A stretch of DNA of 42,873 nt from an uncultured Lachnospiraceae bacterium. Lineage in GTDB: Bacteria; Bacillota; Clostridia; Lachnospirales; Lachnospiraceae. This document shows, one piece after another, positions 18,909 through 28,344 of this stretch. The stretch's first letter is position 1. Each line of letters starts with the position of its first letter. The stretch covers positions 1 through 42,873 of the forward strand of contig CAMNGO010000001.1 of the NCBI GenBank assembly GCA_946538445.1, read 5' to 3'. A program made the position numbers and the translations under genes. The notes under the pieces are model-generated. The model was not told the origin of the DNA. It searched no databases and saw only the letters and a program-made list of their open reading frames with translations.

Positions 18909-20237
18909 TTACTCGGAAACTCCTACGTTGGTGTGGTCTGTTCCGACATAAATCTGAATATCGCCACCGGTATCAATATCTCCGACAGAAACATCTGCGC
19001 CGCTAAAATAGCGCAACAGGTCTTCCCCGATTCCATCCCTCTTCAGGATGATCCGGGTTGTAGAGATGGGGCCTTCATCCTGGTAGGTGTCAACCAGGGT
19101 AATATTATAGCCCTCATCCTCCAGATAATACTGCCACTCGCTTGCCAGTCCCTGCACGTAAGCGGCATTATAGATCTCAATAGACAAGTTCTTGGAATCT
19201 CCGTTGTCCTCATCAAAAGAATCTTCATTGGATTCATCATCCGAATCGTTTCCCAGGGAAGAATAGGAAGCTGCCTGGGCGGACAAAGTGGCTACCTGAA
19301 GCTGTGCTTTCTGGCTGTCAATCAGAAAAGTATTTCCAGACTCACTTCCCTGAAGGATACGCAGAGTGAGAAAATCACTGTTTTTAGCTGCCTTCAATGT
19401 CTCCTTAAACAAATCCATGGACCTGCCCTGAGAGGATTCCACCTGCTTCTGGTATGCTTTCACTATAGCGGCAGCTTTCTTTTTTGCACGCAATCTGCTC
19501 ATGAACTTGTCCGTATATTCGTTCATGCGCTCCAGACGATTGGACTCCTGGGCACTGGTTCCGTCAAGATGGGTAATGTAGGCAAAGGCATCTTTAGCGG
19601 AAAGCTGTACTTCACCCTCCTCAATCTTGCGTAGGATCCCTTCCGAATCACGGTAAGTAACAGGGTCATTCAGAGTAAGGTTCACATAATCTACGGTATC
19701 CATAAAGGAGATTGCCCCGGCTGCCGTCATGTGATCCCATCCGTCCACTTTTACATTCAACATCTCAGCAATGATATCACTGAGAATCTCATATCGTTCT
19801 GTTCCGGTATAAGCTCTCTCTATATCCCTGAATTCCACCGTTGAGCCGACTTCGCCCATCTTCTTGGCAAGGGTCTTCTGTGTCTTCCGGTTCACCTGAG
19901 TCTGCGCGTTCTCCGGGATGAAGAGGAAATTCATGGCATGGGTGTCTTTGTTGATCATGGAAAGGATAATGTACTCGTACATATCGTCCTCGCTGTCCAC
20001 AAAGAGCAGGATGGATTCCTCACTCTTATCATCCACTTTCACCTGGGTCGGTTCTTCCTGCTCCACAGGTTTCTCTTCAGATTCCTTGGCAGCTTTCTTA
20101 AAGTCATAAAAACTGCCTGTGATATATTTTGTCATCCCCTGAAAAGATCCGAGCCCGATTGCTGCCATAAGCAGAGCTACAACTACAACCTTCAATAATA
20201 GGGAGAGTATGGTTTTTATCATACCTGGCTTCTTCAT
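18909..20237 (-). CDS. LCP (LytR-CpsA-Psr)-like membrane protein with LytR C-terminal domain
   Basis: N-terminal TM, LCP-like core, acidic linker, C-terminal IEIYNAAYVQGLAS...DIQIYVGTD (LytR_C pattern). Confidence 0.75.
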   Translation of the reverse strand: MKKPGMIKTILSLLLKVVVVALLMAAIGLGSFQGMTKYITGSFYDFKKAAKESEEKPVEQEEPTQVKVDDKSEESILLFVDSEDDMYEYIILSMINKDTHAMNFLFIPENAQTQVNRKTQKTLAKKMGEVGSTVEFRDIERAYTGTERYEILSDIIAEMLNVKVDGWDHMTAAGAISFMDTVDYVNLTLNDPVTYRDSEGILRKIEEGEVQLSAKDAFAYITHLDGTSAQESNRLERMNEYTDKFMSRLRAKKKAAAIVKAYQKQVESSQGRSMDLFKETLKAAKNSDFLTLRILQGSESGNTFLIDSQKAQLQVATLSAQAASYSSLGNDSDDESNEDSFDEDNGDSKNLSIEIYNAAYVQGLASEWQYYLEDEGYNITLVDTYQDEGPISTTRIILKRDGIGEDLLRYFSGADVSVGDIDTGGDIQIYVGTDHTNVGVSE

Positions 20238-20291
20238 GATGCCCTCCTAACTGCATTGATATGATCTCTTAAGACCAATTGACATTGATTA

Positions 20292-20320
20292 AGTATATCA
20301 AATATATTGCTCCATTTCAA
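20292..20320 (-). promoter_or_regulatory. Putative sigma-A promoter for the LCP-TagA pair
   Basis: TTGAAA-17 bp-TATACT with TG extension. Confidence 0.6.
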
Positions 20321-20328
20321 GTTTTGGC

Positions 20329-22116
20329 TTAATCTTTCAGCAATGCCGTGGCCTCCTGCAGCCATTTTCTTTCTTCAGAAGGTAGATAAGGGGCTATTTT
20401 TTCATAGACTTTCGCATGGTAGGCATTGAGCCATGCAATCTCTTTTTTTGTCATATTTTCCGTCAGAATTGCTTCTTTTTCAAAGGGCACCATAGTGAGG
20501 GGCTCGAAATGCAGGAAGGAATCATACTCCGGATCTTTGCAGCATACGATCATATTCTCAAGGCGTATTCCGAACTCTCCTTCCAGATAGACGCCCGGTT
20601 CATCGGAAGTGATCATGCCTTCCTGAAGGACGCACTCCTTCTCACGGAAAGGATACGTGCGATAGCGGAAGGAATTGGGGCCTTCATGGACATTTAACAG
20701 ATATCCCACACCATGTCCTGTCCCATGTTTATAATCAATTCCCAGTTCCCACAGCGGCATCCTGGCGAGAATATCCAGGCTTTGGCTGCTGCACCCTTCT
20801 TTAAAACGTGCCGCGCTGAGGTTGATATGTGACCGCAGAACGGCCGTGTACATTTCTTTTTCTTTTCTGGTCAAAGGTCCCATGGCAAAGGTTCTGGTAG
20901 TGTCAGTGGTTCCCTCCAGATAATGTCCACCGGTGTCCACCAGGAGAAATCCTTTCGCTTCCACAGGGCGATCCGTCTCCTCATCCGCACTGTAGTGGAT
21001 GATGGCACCATGATCTCCATAGCCTATGATCGGAGAGAAACTCTCTTCCACATAGTTGCCTTGTTCTTTTCGGAGTCTAACCAGATGATCTGCCAGGGAT
21101 ACCTCCGTCTCACCCTGCTCAACCGCATGCTTTTTCAGATAGTACATGAATCTGGTAAGGGCGACACCGTCTTTGATATGAGCCAGTCTCTGATTCTCAA
21201 CCTCCACGGGATTTTTCACCGCCTTCAGGATCTCTGTAGGATTATCTTTCTGTATGTGTCTGATTCCTTCGGGAATGGAGGAAACCAGCAGATAATTTGT
21301 TTTGGAAGGTTCATAGAGGATTGATATATCTGCAGGCAGGCCGGCGATATCCTCATAGATCTGATAGTACTCCTCCGTCCGGATCCCATTTTCACGGAGA
21401 TAATCTTTCATCCCGGCATCAAGGCAACTCTTCTGAAGGTACCAGGTAATCTGATCCTGGCAGATGACAAGATAGCTTAATACTACCGGGGTATGCTCCA
21501 CATCATTTCCCCGCACATTCAGGAGCCAGCAGATGTCATCCAGGGAAGCCAGGAGAAAAGCATCCGCATCCAGCTCCCTCATCTTCTCCCGAACGGTACG
21601 GATCTTATCGGAACAGTTTTGGCCACTGTACTCCTGTGGCAGAATCCAGGCAGGTTTTGCTGACATGGCGGGACGGTCTTCCCAGATTGCGTTCACCAGA
21701 TCCAGATCCGTCTCCAGGCGTGCTCCAGCCTTCTGTACGATACGATTGTATCGTTCTGCCTGATCCGCCATCATACATCGCCCGTCAAAGGCAAAGACCA
21801 TACCCTTCTCCAGATTCTCCTTGAGGTATTCCTCGATGGTGGGAACCCCTTTCTCCCCCATTTTAAACAGGGTGATCCCGCTGCCCTGCAGCTGGTTTGC
21901 AGCCTGTAAAAAATATCTGCCATCCGTCCACAGACCTGCCATGTCTTTCATGACAAGCAGGGTTCCCGCAGATCCCGTGAATCCGGATATATATGCGCGG
22001 CTTTTAAAATATTCCCCCACATTTTCGGACCCATGAAAATCATCCGTGGGAATCAGATAAGCGTGGATGTGGAATCTGTCCATCTCTTTTCTCAGTAACC
22101 TTAATTGTTCTCTCAT
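20329..22116 (-). CDS. Aminopeptidase P family (M24B, Xaa-Pro aminopeptidase)
   Basis: SGFTGSAG, TDGRY, DTGGHY-GTTD-TRT, HGTGHGVG, VHEGP, DEPG-Y, GIRLEN. Confidence 0.93.
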   Translation of the reverse strand: MREQLRLLRKEMDRFHIHAYLIPTDDFHGSENVGEYFKSRAYISGFTGSAGTLLVMKDMAGLWTDGRYFLQAANQLQGSGITLFKMGEKGVPTIEEYLKENLEKGMVFAFDGRCMMADQAERYNRIVQKAGARLETDLDLVNAIWEDRPAMSAKPAWILPQEYSGQNCSDKIRTVREKMRELDADAFLLASLDDICWLLNVRGNDVEHTPVVLSYLVICQDQITWYLQKSCLDAGMKDYLRENGIRTEEYYQIYEDIAGLPADISILYEPSKTNYLLVSSIPEGIRHIQKDNPTEILKAVKNPVEVENQRLAHIKDGVALTRFMYYLKKHAVEQGETEVSLADHLVRLRKEQGNYVEESFSPIIGYGDHGAIIHYSADEETDRPVEAKGFLLVDTGGHYLEGTTDTTRTFAMGPLTRKEKEMYTAVLRSHINLSAARFKEGCSSQSLDILARMPLWELGIDYKHGTGHGVGYLLNVHEGPNSFRYRTYPFREKECVLQEGMITSDEPGVYLEGEFGIRLENMIVCCKDPEYDSFLHFEPLTMVPFEKEAILTENMTKKEIAWLNAYHAKVYEKIAPYLPSEERKWLQEATALLKD

Positions 22117-22138
22117 AATCATGCCTCGTTTTATCATG

Positions 22139-22166
22139 AAAAGAGGGGATATGATCTCCCCCTTTT
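22139..22166 (-). terminator. Hairpin/terminator after galE
   Basis: Imperfect inverted repeat AAAAGAGGGGAT...ATCTCCCCCTTTT. Confidence 0.5.
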
Positions 22167-22178
22167 ATTTATCGATCT

Positions 22179-23192
22179 TTATTTCTTTATATAACCGTCC
22201 GGATTGTTGGACTGCCAGTGGTAGGAATCCGCACACATTTCCTCGATTCCGTACTGAGCCTTCCAGCCCAGCTCCTTCTCCGCTTTGGAAGGATCCGAAT
22301 AACAGGTTGCGATGTCACCGGGACGCCGGGGTTTTATTTCGTAAGGGATGTCATGTCCGCAGGCCTTGGCATATGCTTTGACCACATCCATGACACTGTA
22401 GCCATTGCCGGTGCCGAGATTATAGATGCTCACACCGGGTTTCAGATGTTCGATGGCCTTGAGATGTCCTACGGCAAGGTCAACCACATGGATATAGTCC
22501 CTGACTCCCGTTCCGTCCGGCGTATCATAGTCATCTCCGAATATCCCTAATTTCTCCAGTTTCCCCACTGCCACTTTTGCGATATAAGGTACCAGATTAT
22601 TGGGGATACCCTTTGGATCCTCCCCGATCAGGCCCGATGGATGCGCACCGATGGGATTGAAATAGCGAAGGAGGGTCACATTCCACTCAGGATCGCTGAC
22701 ACACAGATCTGTGAGGATCTGCTCGATCATTCCCTTGGTCTGGCCATAAGGATTGGTAATCTGTCCCTTGGGACAGTTTTCAGTGATAGGTATCTCCTTC
22801 GGATCCCCGTAGACCGTGGCAGAAGAGCTGAATACGATCTTCTTGCAGCCGGTCTTACGCATGGCGTCGCATAAGAACAGGGTTCCGGTTATGTTATTGT
22901 GATAGTACTCCAGGGGTTTTGCTACGGATTCGCCCACAGCTTTATATCCTGCAAAATGAATGACTGCTTCCGGTTTTTCCTTCTCAAAGACTTCTTTCAG
23001 AAAGTCCTTATCCAGCAGATCTCCTTCATAAAATGTGAGTTTCTTTCCCGTGATCTTCTCTACACGGTCCAGGGCTTCCTGACAAGAATTATACAGATTG
23101 TCCACCACCACGACTTCGTAATCGAGGTTTAATAGTTCTACACAAGTATGGCTGCCGATGTATCCCGCTCCGCCTGTCACCAAAATCTTCAT
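22179..23192 (-). CDS. galE: UDP-glucose 4-epimerase
   Basis: TGGAGYIGSHT, FSSSATVYG, YGQTK, LRYFNP, GVRDYIHV. Confidence 0.97.
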   Translation of the reverse strand: MKILVTGGAGYIGSHTCVELLNLDYEVVVVDNLYNSCQEALDRVEKITGKKLTFYEGDLLDKDFLKEVFEKEKPEAVIHFAGYKAVGESVAKPLEYYHNNITGTLFLCDAMRKTGCKKIVFSSSATVYGDPKEIPITENCPKGQITNPYGQTKGMIEQILTDLCVSDPEWNVTLLRYFNPIGAHPSGLIGEDPKGIPNNLVPYIAKVAVGKLEKLGIFGDDYDTPDGTGVRDYIHVVDLAVGHLKAIEHLKPGVSIYNLGTGNGYSVMDVVKAYAKACGHDIPYEIKPRRPGDIATCYSDPSKAEKELGWKAQYGIEEMCADSYHWQSNNPDGYIKK

Positions 23193-23278
23193 TATCTTCC
23201 TCTCTTTCCGGGGCTCCCACTATAATGGAACGTCATTATCTCTGTGATGTCGATTATACTTACAGCAAAGTCCTTATT

Positions 23279-23307
23279 ATCTTAGCATCGGGTATGGAAA
23301 AAGTCAA
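23279..23307 (-). promoter_or_regulatory. Putative sigma-A promoter for galE
   Basis: TTGACT-17 bp-TAAGAT with TG extension; separates galE from the upstream operon. Confidence 0.6.
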
Positions 23308-23322
23308 TTTATCCGCCGGATA

Positions 23323-23595
23323 CTAGTCGCCGGACTGATATTTGGCATAAGCCGCCTTGGCTGTGACCCCTCTGATCCGCCCGATCTTTCCGGACAGGCT
23401 GCTGATCACATTCTGTGGAGCATCCAGCACAAGGCTTATAATATTGATTTTTTTCTCCCGGTATGGAATTCCCATCCGCCCGATCACAAAGGACGCGTAT
23501 TCATGAATCACCTGATTCAGTTCTTCCGTTTTCTCCGGATCTTCCACAATGATGGACAATGCAGCGATCCTGTTATCTGTCTTGGTCTCTGTCAT
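23323..23595 (-). CDS. TM1266-family protein (ACT/NikR C-terminal-like; 'putative iron-only hydrogenase system regulator')
   Basis: RIAALSIIV...LNQVIHEY...IGRMGIPY...ISSLSGKIGRI-GV-AK pattern; start 23595 or 23613. Confidence 0.85.
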   Translation of the reverse strand: MTETKTDNRIAALSIIVEDPEKTEELNQVIHEYASFVIGRMGIPYREKKINIISLVLDAPQNVISSLSGKIGRIRGVTAKAAYAKYQSGD

Positions 23596-23666
23596 AGTTT
23601 TCCGGACCTCCATGGTTTTTAAGTATTGCCAATGTCTCTTGCATTCCGAAAGTACCGAATAAGCAC

Positions 23667-24671
23667 TTAACAGATTCTTGGCAGAAGTTCTCCACCGGGC
23701 GGGGGAAGCAAGGTCTGCGCACCAATCTCGGTCGTTACCACAACCCGGCCGGGCTGGTCCTCCGTCACCTCTCCGATGATGGCAGCCTGGGCGGAAGGTT
23801 TCAAGGTGTGCAGCACCTCCACCAGTTTTTCGGCATACTGCCGGGGGGCGAAGACAACCAGACGTCCTTCACAGGCCAGGTATAAAGGCTCCAGGCCCAG
23901 CATACCACAAACACCCTGCACGCTCTCCTGTACCGGAATCTTTGCCCGGTCCAGGAGGATTCCGACTCCGCTCTGCTCTGCAATCTCATACAGCACGGTT
24001 CCTACGCCTCCGCGGGTGGCGTCCCGTATCACATGGATGTCCTGAGTCACACCCAGCATGGACTCCACGCATTCCCACAAAGGTGCACAGTCACTGGTCA
24101 CCTCTGCATCAATGCCCAGATCCTCTCTCGCAAGAAGGATGGTCAATCCATGACGTCCGATGTCGCCGCTTACGATGATGGCATCTCCGGGACGGGCAGA
24201 AAAACCGGAAGTCCGGACTCCTTCCTGGAGGGTTCCGATTCCCGTGGTGGTAATGAATACACCGTCCACCTGACCCTTTCCCGCGACTTTGGTATCTCCG
24301 GCTACAATCCTGACACCTGCTTCTGCTGCTGTTTTCTCCATGGCCGAAGCGATTCTCTCCAGCTTCTCCATGGAGTAACCCTCCTCGATGACAAAGGCAC
24401 AGGAGAGATACCTTGGTCTGGCACCCATACAGGCCAGATCATTCACTGTACCGCAGATGGAAAGTTTTCCTATATTGCCCCCGGGGAATTCCTGGGGAGA
24501 GACGATAAATCCATCCGTGGTGAATGCGATTTTCTCAGTATCCAGCGAAAGGACCGCAGCATCATCACTGGTGAGGTCCGGATTGGAAAAGTGTTTTTTA
24601 AATACCTGATCGATCAATTCATTTGTCTGTTTTCCTCCTGCGCCATGGGCAAGAGTCACTGTTTTATCCAT
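23667..24671 (-). CDS. hypE: Carbamoyl dehydratase HypE
   Basis: TLAHGAGG, DDAA, GTVNDL, GDTKV, RDATRGG, C-terminal PRIC; start placed at 24671. Confidence 0.96.
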   Translation of the reverse strand: MDKTVTLAHGAGGKQTNELIDQVFKKHFSNPDLTSDDAAVLSLDTEKIAFTTDGFIVSPQEFPGGNIGKLSICGTVNDLACMGARPRYLSCAFVIEEGYSMEKLERIASAMEKTAAEAGVRIVAGDTKVAGKGQVDGVFITTTGIGTLQEGVRTSGFSARPGDAIIVSGDIGRHGLTILLAREDLGIDAEVTSDCAPLWECVESMLGVTQDIHVIRDATRGGVGTVLYEIAEQSGVGILLDRAKIPVQESVQGVCGMLGLEPLYLACEGRLVVFAPRQYAEKLVEVLHTLKPSAQAAIIGEVTEDQPGRVVVTTEIGAQTLLPPPGGELLPRIC

Positions 24672-24687
24672 AGTACTGTCCTTTCTT

Positions 24688-25758
24688 TTATCGACTCCCG
24701 TAATTATAATAAGCAGAGCAGGCACCTTCTCCGCTGACCATACAGGCACCTACGGGATGCAGAGGGTTGCAGGCCTTCCCGAATAATCCGCACTCGGTGG
24801 GAAGGCATTTTCCCTGAAGAACTTCCCCGCAGCGACAGGCCGTAGGGGCAGAACCCTGCATCTTGGGAACAGCGAATTTTATCTCTGCATCCATATCCCG
24901 GAATTCTTCCTTCAATCTCATTCCGGATCCGGGGATAACCCCCAGCCCCCTCCATTCGGTATCACAGGCTTCCATCCATCGTTCCATCAATTTTCTGGCG
25001 CCAGGGCTTCCATCCGGTTTAACTACCTGTTCGTAACAGTTTTCAAAAAACGGTTCTCCCTGGGCATACCGTTTCAATATCGTGGCCATGGCATGAATGA
25101 TATCCTCTGCCGTAAATCCGGCAACCACTCCGCTGACACCTTCCTGCACCAGTTCCCGGCAGGTATCAGTGCCCATGATCGCGTTGACATGCCCGGGATA
25201 CAGATAGACATCCACACTGTCCTTCAAAGCCCGATAGGCAGAAGGCATGGTCTTGTTGGCTACCAGCAGGGAAAAATTGGAAATCCCTGCTTCCCTGGCT
25301 CTTTTCGCCGCAAGGCAGGAAGCCGGTGTGGTAGTCTCGAAACCAACGGAGAGAAATACCACCTCCTCCTCGGGATGTTCCACGGCATAATCCGCAGCAT
25401 CCAGGGGAGAATACACGATCTGGATCTTGCCCCCTTTTGCCCTGGCGTTCGCCAGGCTTCCTTGGGATCCGGGAACCCGGACCAGGTCACCAAAGGTACA
25501 GATCGTCACCTGTTTTTCCAATGCCAGATAGATGGCTTTATCAATATAGTCCACCGGTGTCACACACACAGGACATCCCGGACCGGATATCAATGTAACC
25601 TGGGGAGGGAGAATCTGCCTTACCCCAAGCTTAAAGATCTCATGAGTGTGTGTTCCGCAAACCTCCATGATACGAACAGGAGGGCCGTCATAAGAACGGA
25701 TTTCATTCAACTCTTCTGCTTTTTGTTTATCTCTTTTACTCATGATTCGATCAATCAT
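24688..25758 (-). CDS. hypD: Fe(CN)2CO scaffold protein HypD
   Basis: CGTHTH, GPGCPVC, GFETT, PGHV and the C-terminal Cys cluster ending CMVSGEGAC. Confidence 0.96.
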   Translation of the reverse strand: MIDRIMSKRDKQKAEELNEIRSYDGPPVRIMEVCGTHTHEIFKLGVRQILPPQVTLISGPGCPVCVTPVDYIDKAIYLALEKQVTICTFGDLVRVPGSQGSLANARAKGGKIQIVYSPLDAADYAVEHPEEEVVFLSVGFETTTPASCLAAKRAREAGISNFSLLVANKTMPSAYRALKDSVDVYLYPGHVNAIMGTDTCRELVQEGVSGVVAGFTAEDIIHAMATILKRYAQGEPFFENCYEQVVKPDGSPGARKLMERWMEACDTEWRGLGVIPGSGMRLKEEFRDMDAEIKFAVPKMQGSAPTACRCGEVLQGKCLPTECGLFGKACNPLHPVGACMVSGEGACSAYYNYGSR

Positions 25759-25930
25759 CCTCTTCTTCCGTTATTTTGGCGATGGCGATCCCTGCATGGA
25801 CCATCACGTAATCGCCGGGCTCCAGGTCTTCGATCAGTTCCGCGGAGATCTCCCTCTTTGCACCATGGGCATCCACCACGGCCATACCATCCTTCATGGT
25901 GAGTATCTTAGCCGGTAATCCAACACACAT
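25751..25930 (-). CDS. hypC: HypC/HybG chaperone (short, 59 aa)
   Basis: MCVGLP N-terminus after an AGGAGG RBS; GDYVMVHAG. Confidence 0.93.
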   Translation of the reverse strand: MCVGLPAKILTMKDGMAVVDAHGAKREISAELIEDLEPGDYVMVHAGIAIAKITEEEDD

Positions 25931-25985
25931 CCTAACTTCCTCCTGTCTCAAAATTAATCTATCTTTCAATAATTACTATATAATC

Positions 25986-28334
25986 CTAACTGTTGTGTTT
26001 TTGTTGAAGGGTATACATGGCGGCTACCGCCTGCCCCACACAGATTCCCCCGTCATTGGGCGGGAGCATGGAGTGGGTATATACCTCAAATCCTTCTTTG
26101 GTAAGACCGTCCACCGTCTCCTCCAAGAGCAGGGTATTCTGATAAACTCCCCCGCTTAAAGCCACGGCATTCCACCCTCTTTCCCGGCGGACCCGGCAGC
26201 ATCCTTCCACGGTCAGGTCAGCCAGAATCCGGTGGAAACAAAGTGCCAGCATCTCGGAAGATTCCCCTCGGAGAAAGGCTTCCGTCAGTTCATGAAACAG
26301 GCGGTCTGTAGGGAGGATCCATCGACCATCTCTTTTCATCCAGGGCTTTTCAGACAGACGGTCCGACAGGGATTCATAGCATCCCCAGTCCCGGATGTCC
26401 TGATTCTGAACACATTTTAAGGCACGTTGTGCGGCATATTGTAATGCGCAGGAAGCATCCCCCTCATAGGTGGAAACTCTGCAGATCCCAAGCAGTGCAC
26501 TCACCGCATCAAACAATCTGCCGGCGCTGGTGGAAGCCACGGTATTGATCTTTCTTTCGGCCATCTTCATGAGAGTGGATGCCCCTCTGGCATCACATAA
26601 GTTTAACTTTTCCGATAGCCTGATTACCTGATTATCCTCATAACAGTCCTTCAGCATGCTGACGGCATTACGCCAACCCTCCACAGCAGAAAGATCTCCT
26701 CCTGCCTGATCAAAGGGACATATGGAAGCAACTCTTTCAAATCCACCATAATCAGCTGCCAGAATCTCCCCTCCCCAGATGGTTCCGTCCGTACCATAAC
26801 CGGTCCCATCATAAGAAACACCGATGACCGGACCCTCCACATCGTTTTCCAGCATACAGGATAAGATGTGGGCATAATGATGCTGGACTTCTATCACGGG
26901 AAGGCCCAGAGTCCTGGCAAAAGCCGAGGTATTGTAAGCGGGATGAAGATCACAGGCTACCATCTGAGGCCTGGCTTCAAGCAGTTCCTCCATTCTTCGA
27001 ACCGATTCTTCCAGGGCTTTTACTGTCCTTACGTCCCCCATGTCTCCCAGATAGGGAGAGGGATAGTAGAGCTGGTTTTTCACCAGGCAGAAGGTGTTTT
27101 TTAATTCTCCGCCGATAGCCAGCACTTCACCTGTCCATTTCATATGGGAGGAGAAAGGTAAGGGAGCATATCCTCGGGACCTGCGGATCATGTAGGGGCG
27201 GTCCCCCTCATAATCCAGAACGGTATCATCTGCCCTCAGACGGATCAGTCTGTTGTGGGACAGAATATGATCGCATAAGGTGCCCAGCTCCCTCTCGGCG
27301 TCCTCATCATCTCTGCAGATGGGAGCTCCGGAAGTATTGGCACTGGTCATGACCAGACAATCCGGCATGGTCAGACCATCCGGATAGTCAAATAAAAGCA
27401 GATGGATCGGAGCATAGGGGAGCATCACTCCCAGCTTGGGATTTCCCGGTGCTGCCGATTCCGCCACCAGGCCGTTCTCCTTTCTTTCCAAAAGAAGAAT
27501 GGGCTTCTGATGTCCGTCCAGCACTTCCTCCTGGGCATGAGTCACCCGGCACTCCCGCAATACGGTATCCAGGTTTTTCATCATGACTGCAAAGGGCTTG
27601 ACAGGCCGTTTCTTTCTTGTTCTTAACAAGCTGACTGCTTCCTCGCTGGTGGCATCGCAACACAGGTGAAAACCACCGATTCCTTTTATGGCAACGATTT
27701 TTCCCTGACAGATGGCCTGCCGGATGAGACGAATGGCCTCCGCCCCCCTGATATTCTCACCCAGGAGATAGACCTCCGGCCCGCACTCATTGCAGCAGAC
27801 CGGTTGGGCATCATACCTTCTGGAAGCAGGATCATAGTACTCTTCCTCACAGGTCTTGCACATGGGGAAGGATGCCATGCTTGTTCTCACCCTGTCATAG
27901 GGCATGGCGTCCAGGATCGTAAGCCTGGGCCCGCAACAGGTACAGTTGATAAAGGGATGCAGGTATCTGCGGTCCCCGGGATCAAATATTTCTTTCTTAC
28001 ATTTATCACATATGGCAATGTCCGGTGATACAAAGATGTCCCCTTGTATCTTCTCACTCTCCACGATGGAGAATCCGTCATATTCCCTCTCTTTCGCATC
28101 CTCCGGATCCTGCACATCCATCTTCAGAATCACTGCCCGCTCCGGCGGAGCTTCTTCCACAGCCCTGAGGAATGCTTCCACCAGATCCTCCGGACCATGA
28201 GCGATGATCTCAACAAAGGGACCCTTGTTGCACACACTGCCCTCCACCTTATAGGTGTCGGCATGTCGCGCTACTGTGGGGCGGAATCCCACCCCCTGGA
28301 CAATTCCGTATACTCTTGCCAGTTTAGTAATCAT
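25986..28334 (-). CDS. hypF: Carbamoyltransferase HypF
   Basis: Acylphosphatase domain VQGVGFRP, two zinc fingers, KGIGGFHL, QHHYAH, DGTGYG, NDGG. Confidence 0.97.
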   Translation of the reverse strand: MITKLARVYGIVQGVGFRPTVARHADTYKVEGSVCNKGPFVEIIAHGPEDLVEAFLRAVEEAPPERAVILKMDVQDPEDAKEREYDGFSIVESEKIQGDIFVSPDIAICDKCKKEIFDPGDRRYLHPFINCTCCGPRLTILDAMPYDRVRTSMASFPMCKTCEEEYYDPASRRYDAQPVCCNECGPEVYLLGENIRGAEAIRLIRQAICQGKIVAIKGIGGFHLCCDATSEEAVSLLRTRKKRPVKPFAVMMKNLDTVLRECRVTHAQEEVLDGHQKPILLLERKENGLVAESAAPGNPKLGVMLPYAPIHLLLFDYPDGLTMPDCLVMTSANTSGAPICRDDEDAERELGTLCDHILSHNRLIRLRADDTVLDYEGDRPYMIRRSRGYAPLPFSSHMKWTGEVLAIGGELKNTFCLVKNQLYYPSPYLGDMGDVRTVKALEESVRRMEELLEARPQMVACDLHPAYNTSAFARTLGLPVIEVQHHYAHILSCMLENDVEGPVIGVSYDGTGYGTDGTIWGGEILAADYGGFERVASICPFDQAGGDLSAVEGWRNAVSMLKDCYEDNQVIRLSEKLNLCDARGASTLMKMAERKINTVASTSAGRLFDAVSALLGICRVSTYEGDASCALQYAAQRALKCVQNQDIRDWGCYESLSDRLSEKPWMKRDGRWILPTDRLFHELTEAFLRGESSEMLALCFHRILADLTVEGCCRVRRERGWNAVALSGGVYQNTLLLEETVDGLTKEGFEVYTHSMLPPNDGGICVGQAVAAMYTLQQKHNS

Positions 28335-28344
28335 AGGCTAATCC

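Noticed and set aside
18792-19634. 280-aa plus-strand ORF
   Set aside because: Antisense to the LCP-like and TagA-like genes, with no family features.
24033-25902. Plus-strand ORFs of 234 and 269 aa opposite hypE and hypD
   Set aside because: Shadow ORFs of well-conserved minus-strand genes.
25931-25969. 13-aa N-terminal extension of HypC in the ORF track
   Set aside because: HypC needs Cys at position 2, and the AGGAGG RBS supports the ATG at 25930.
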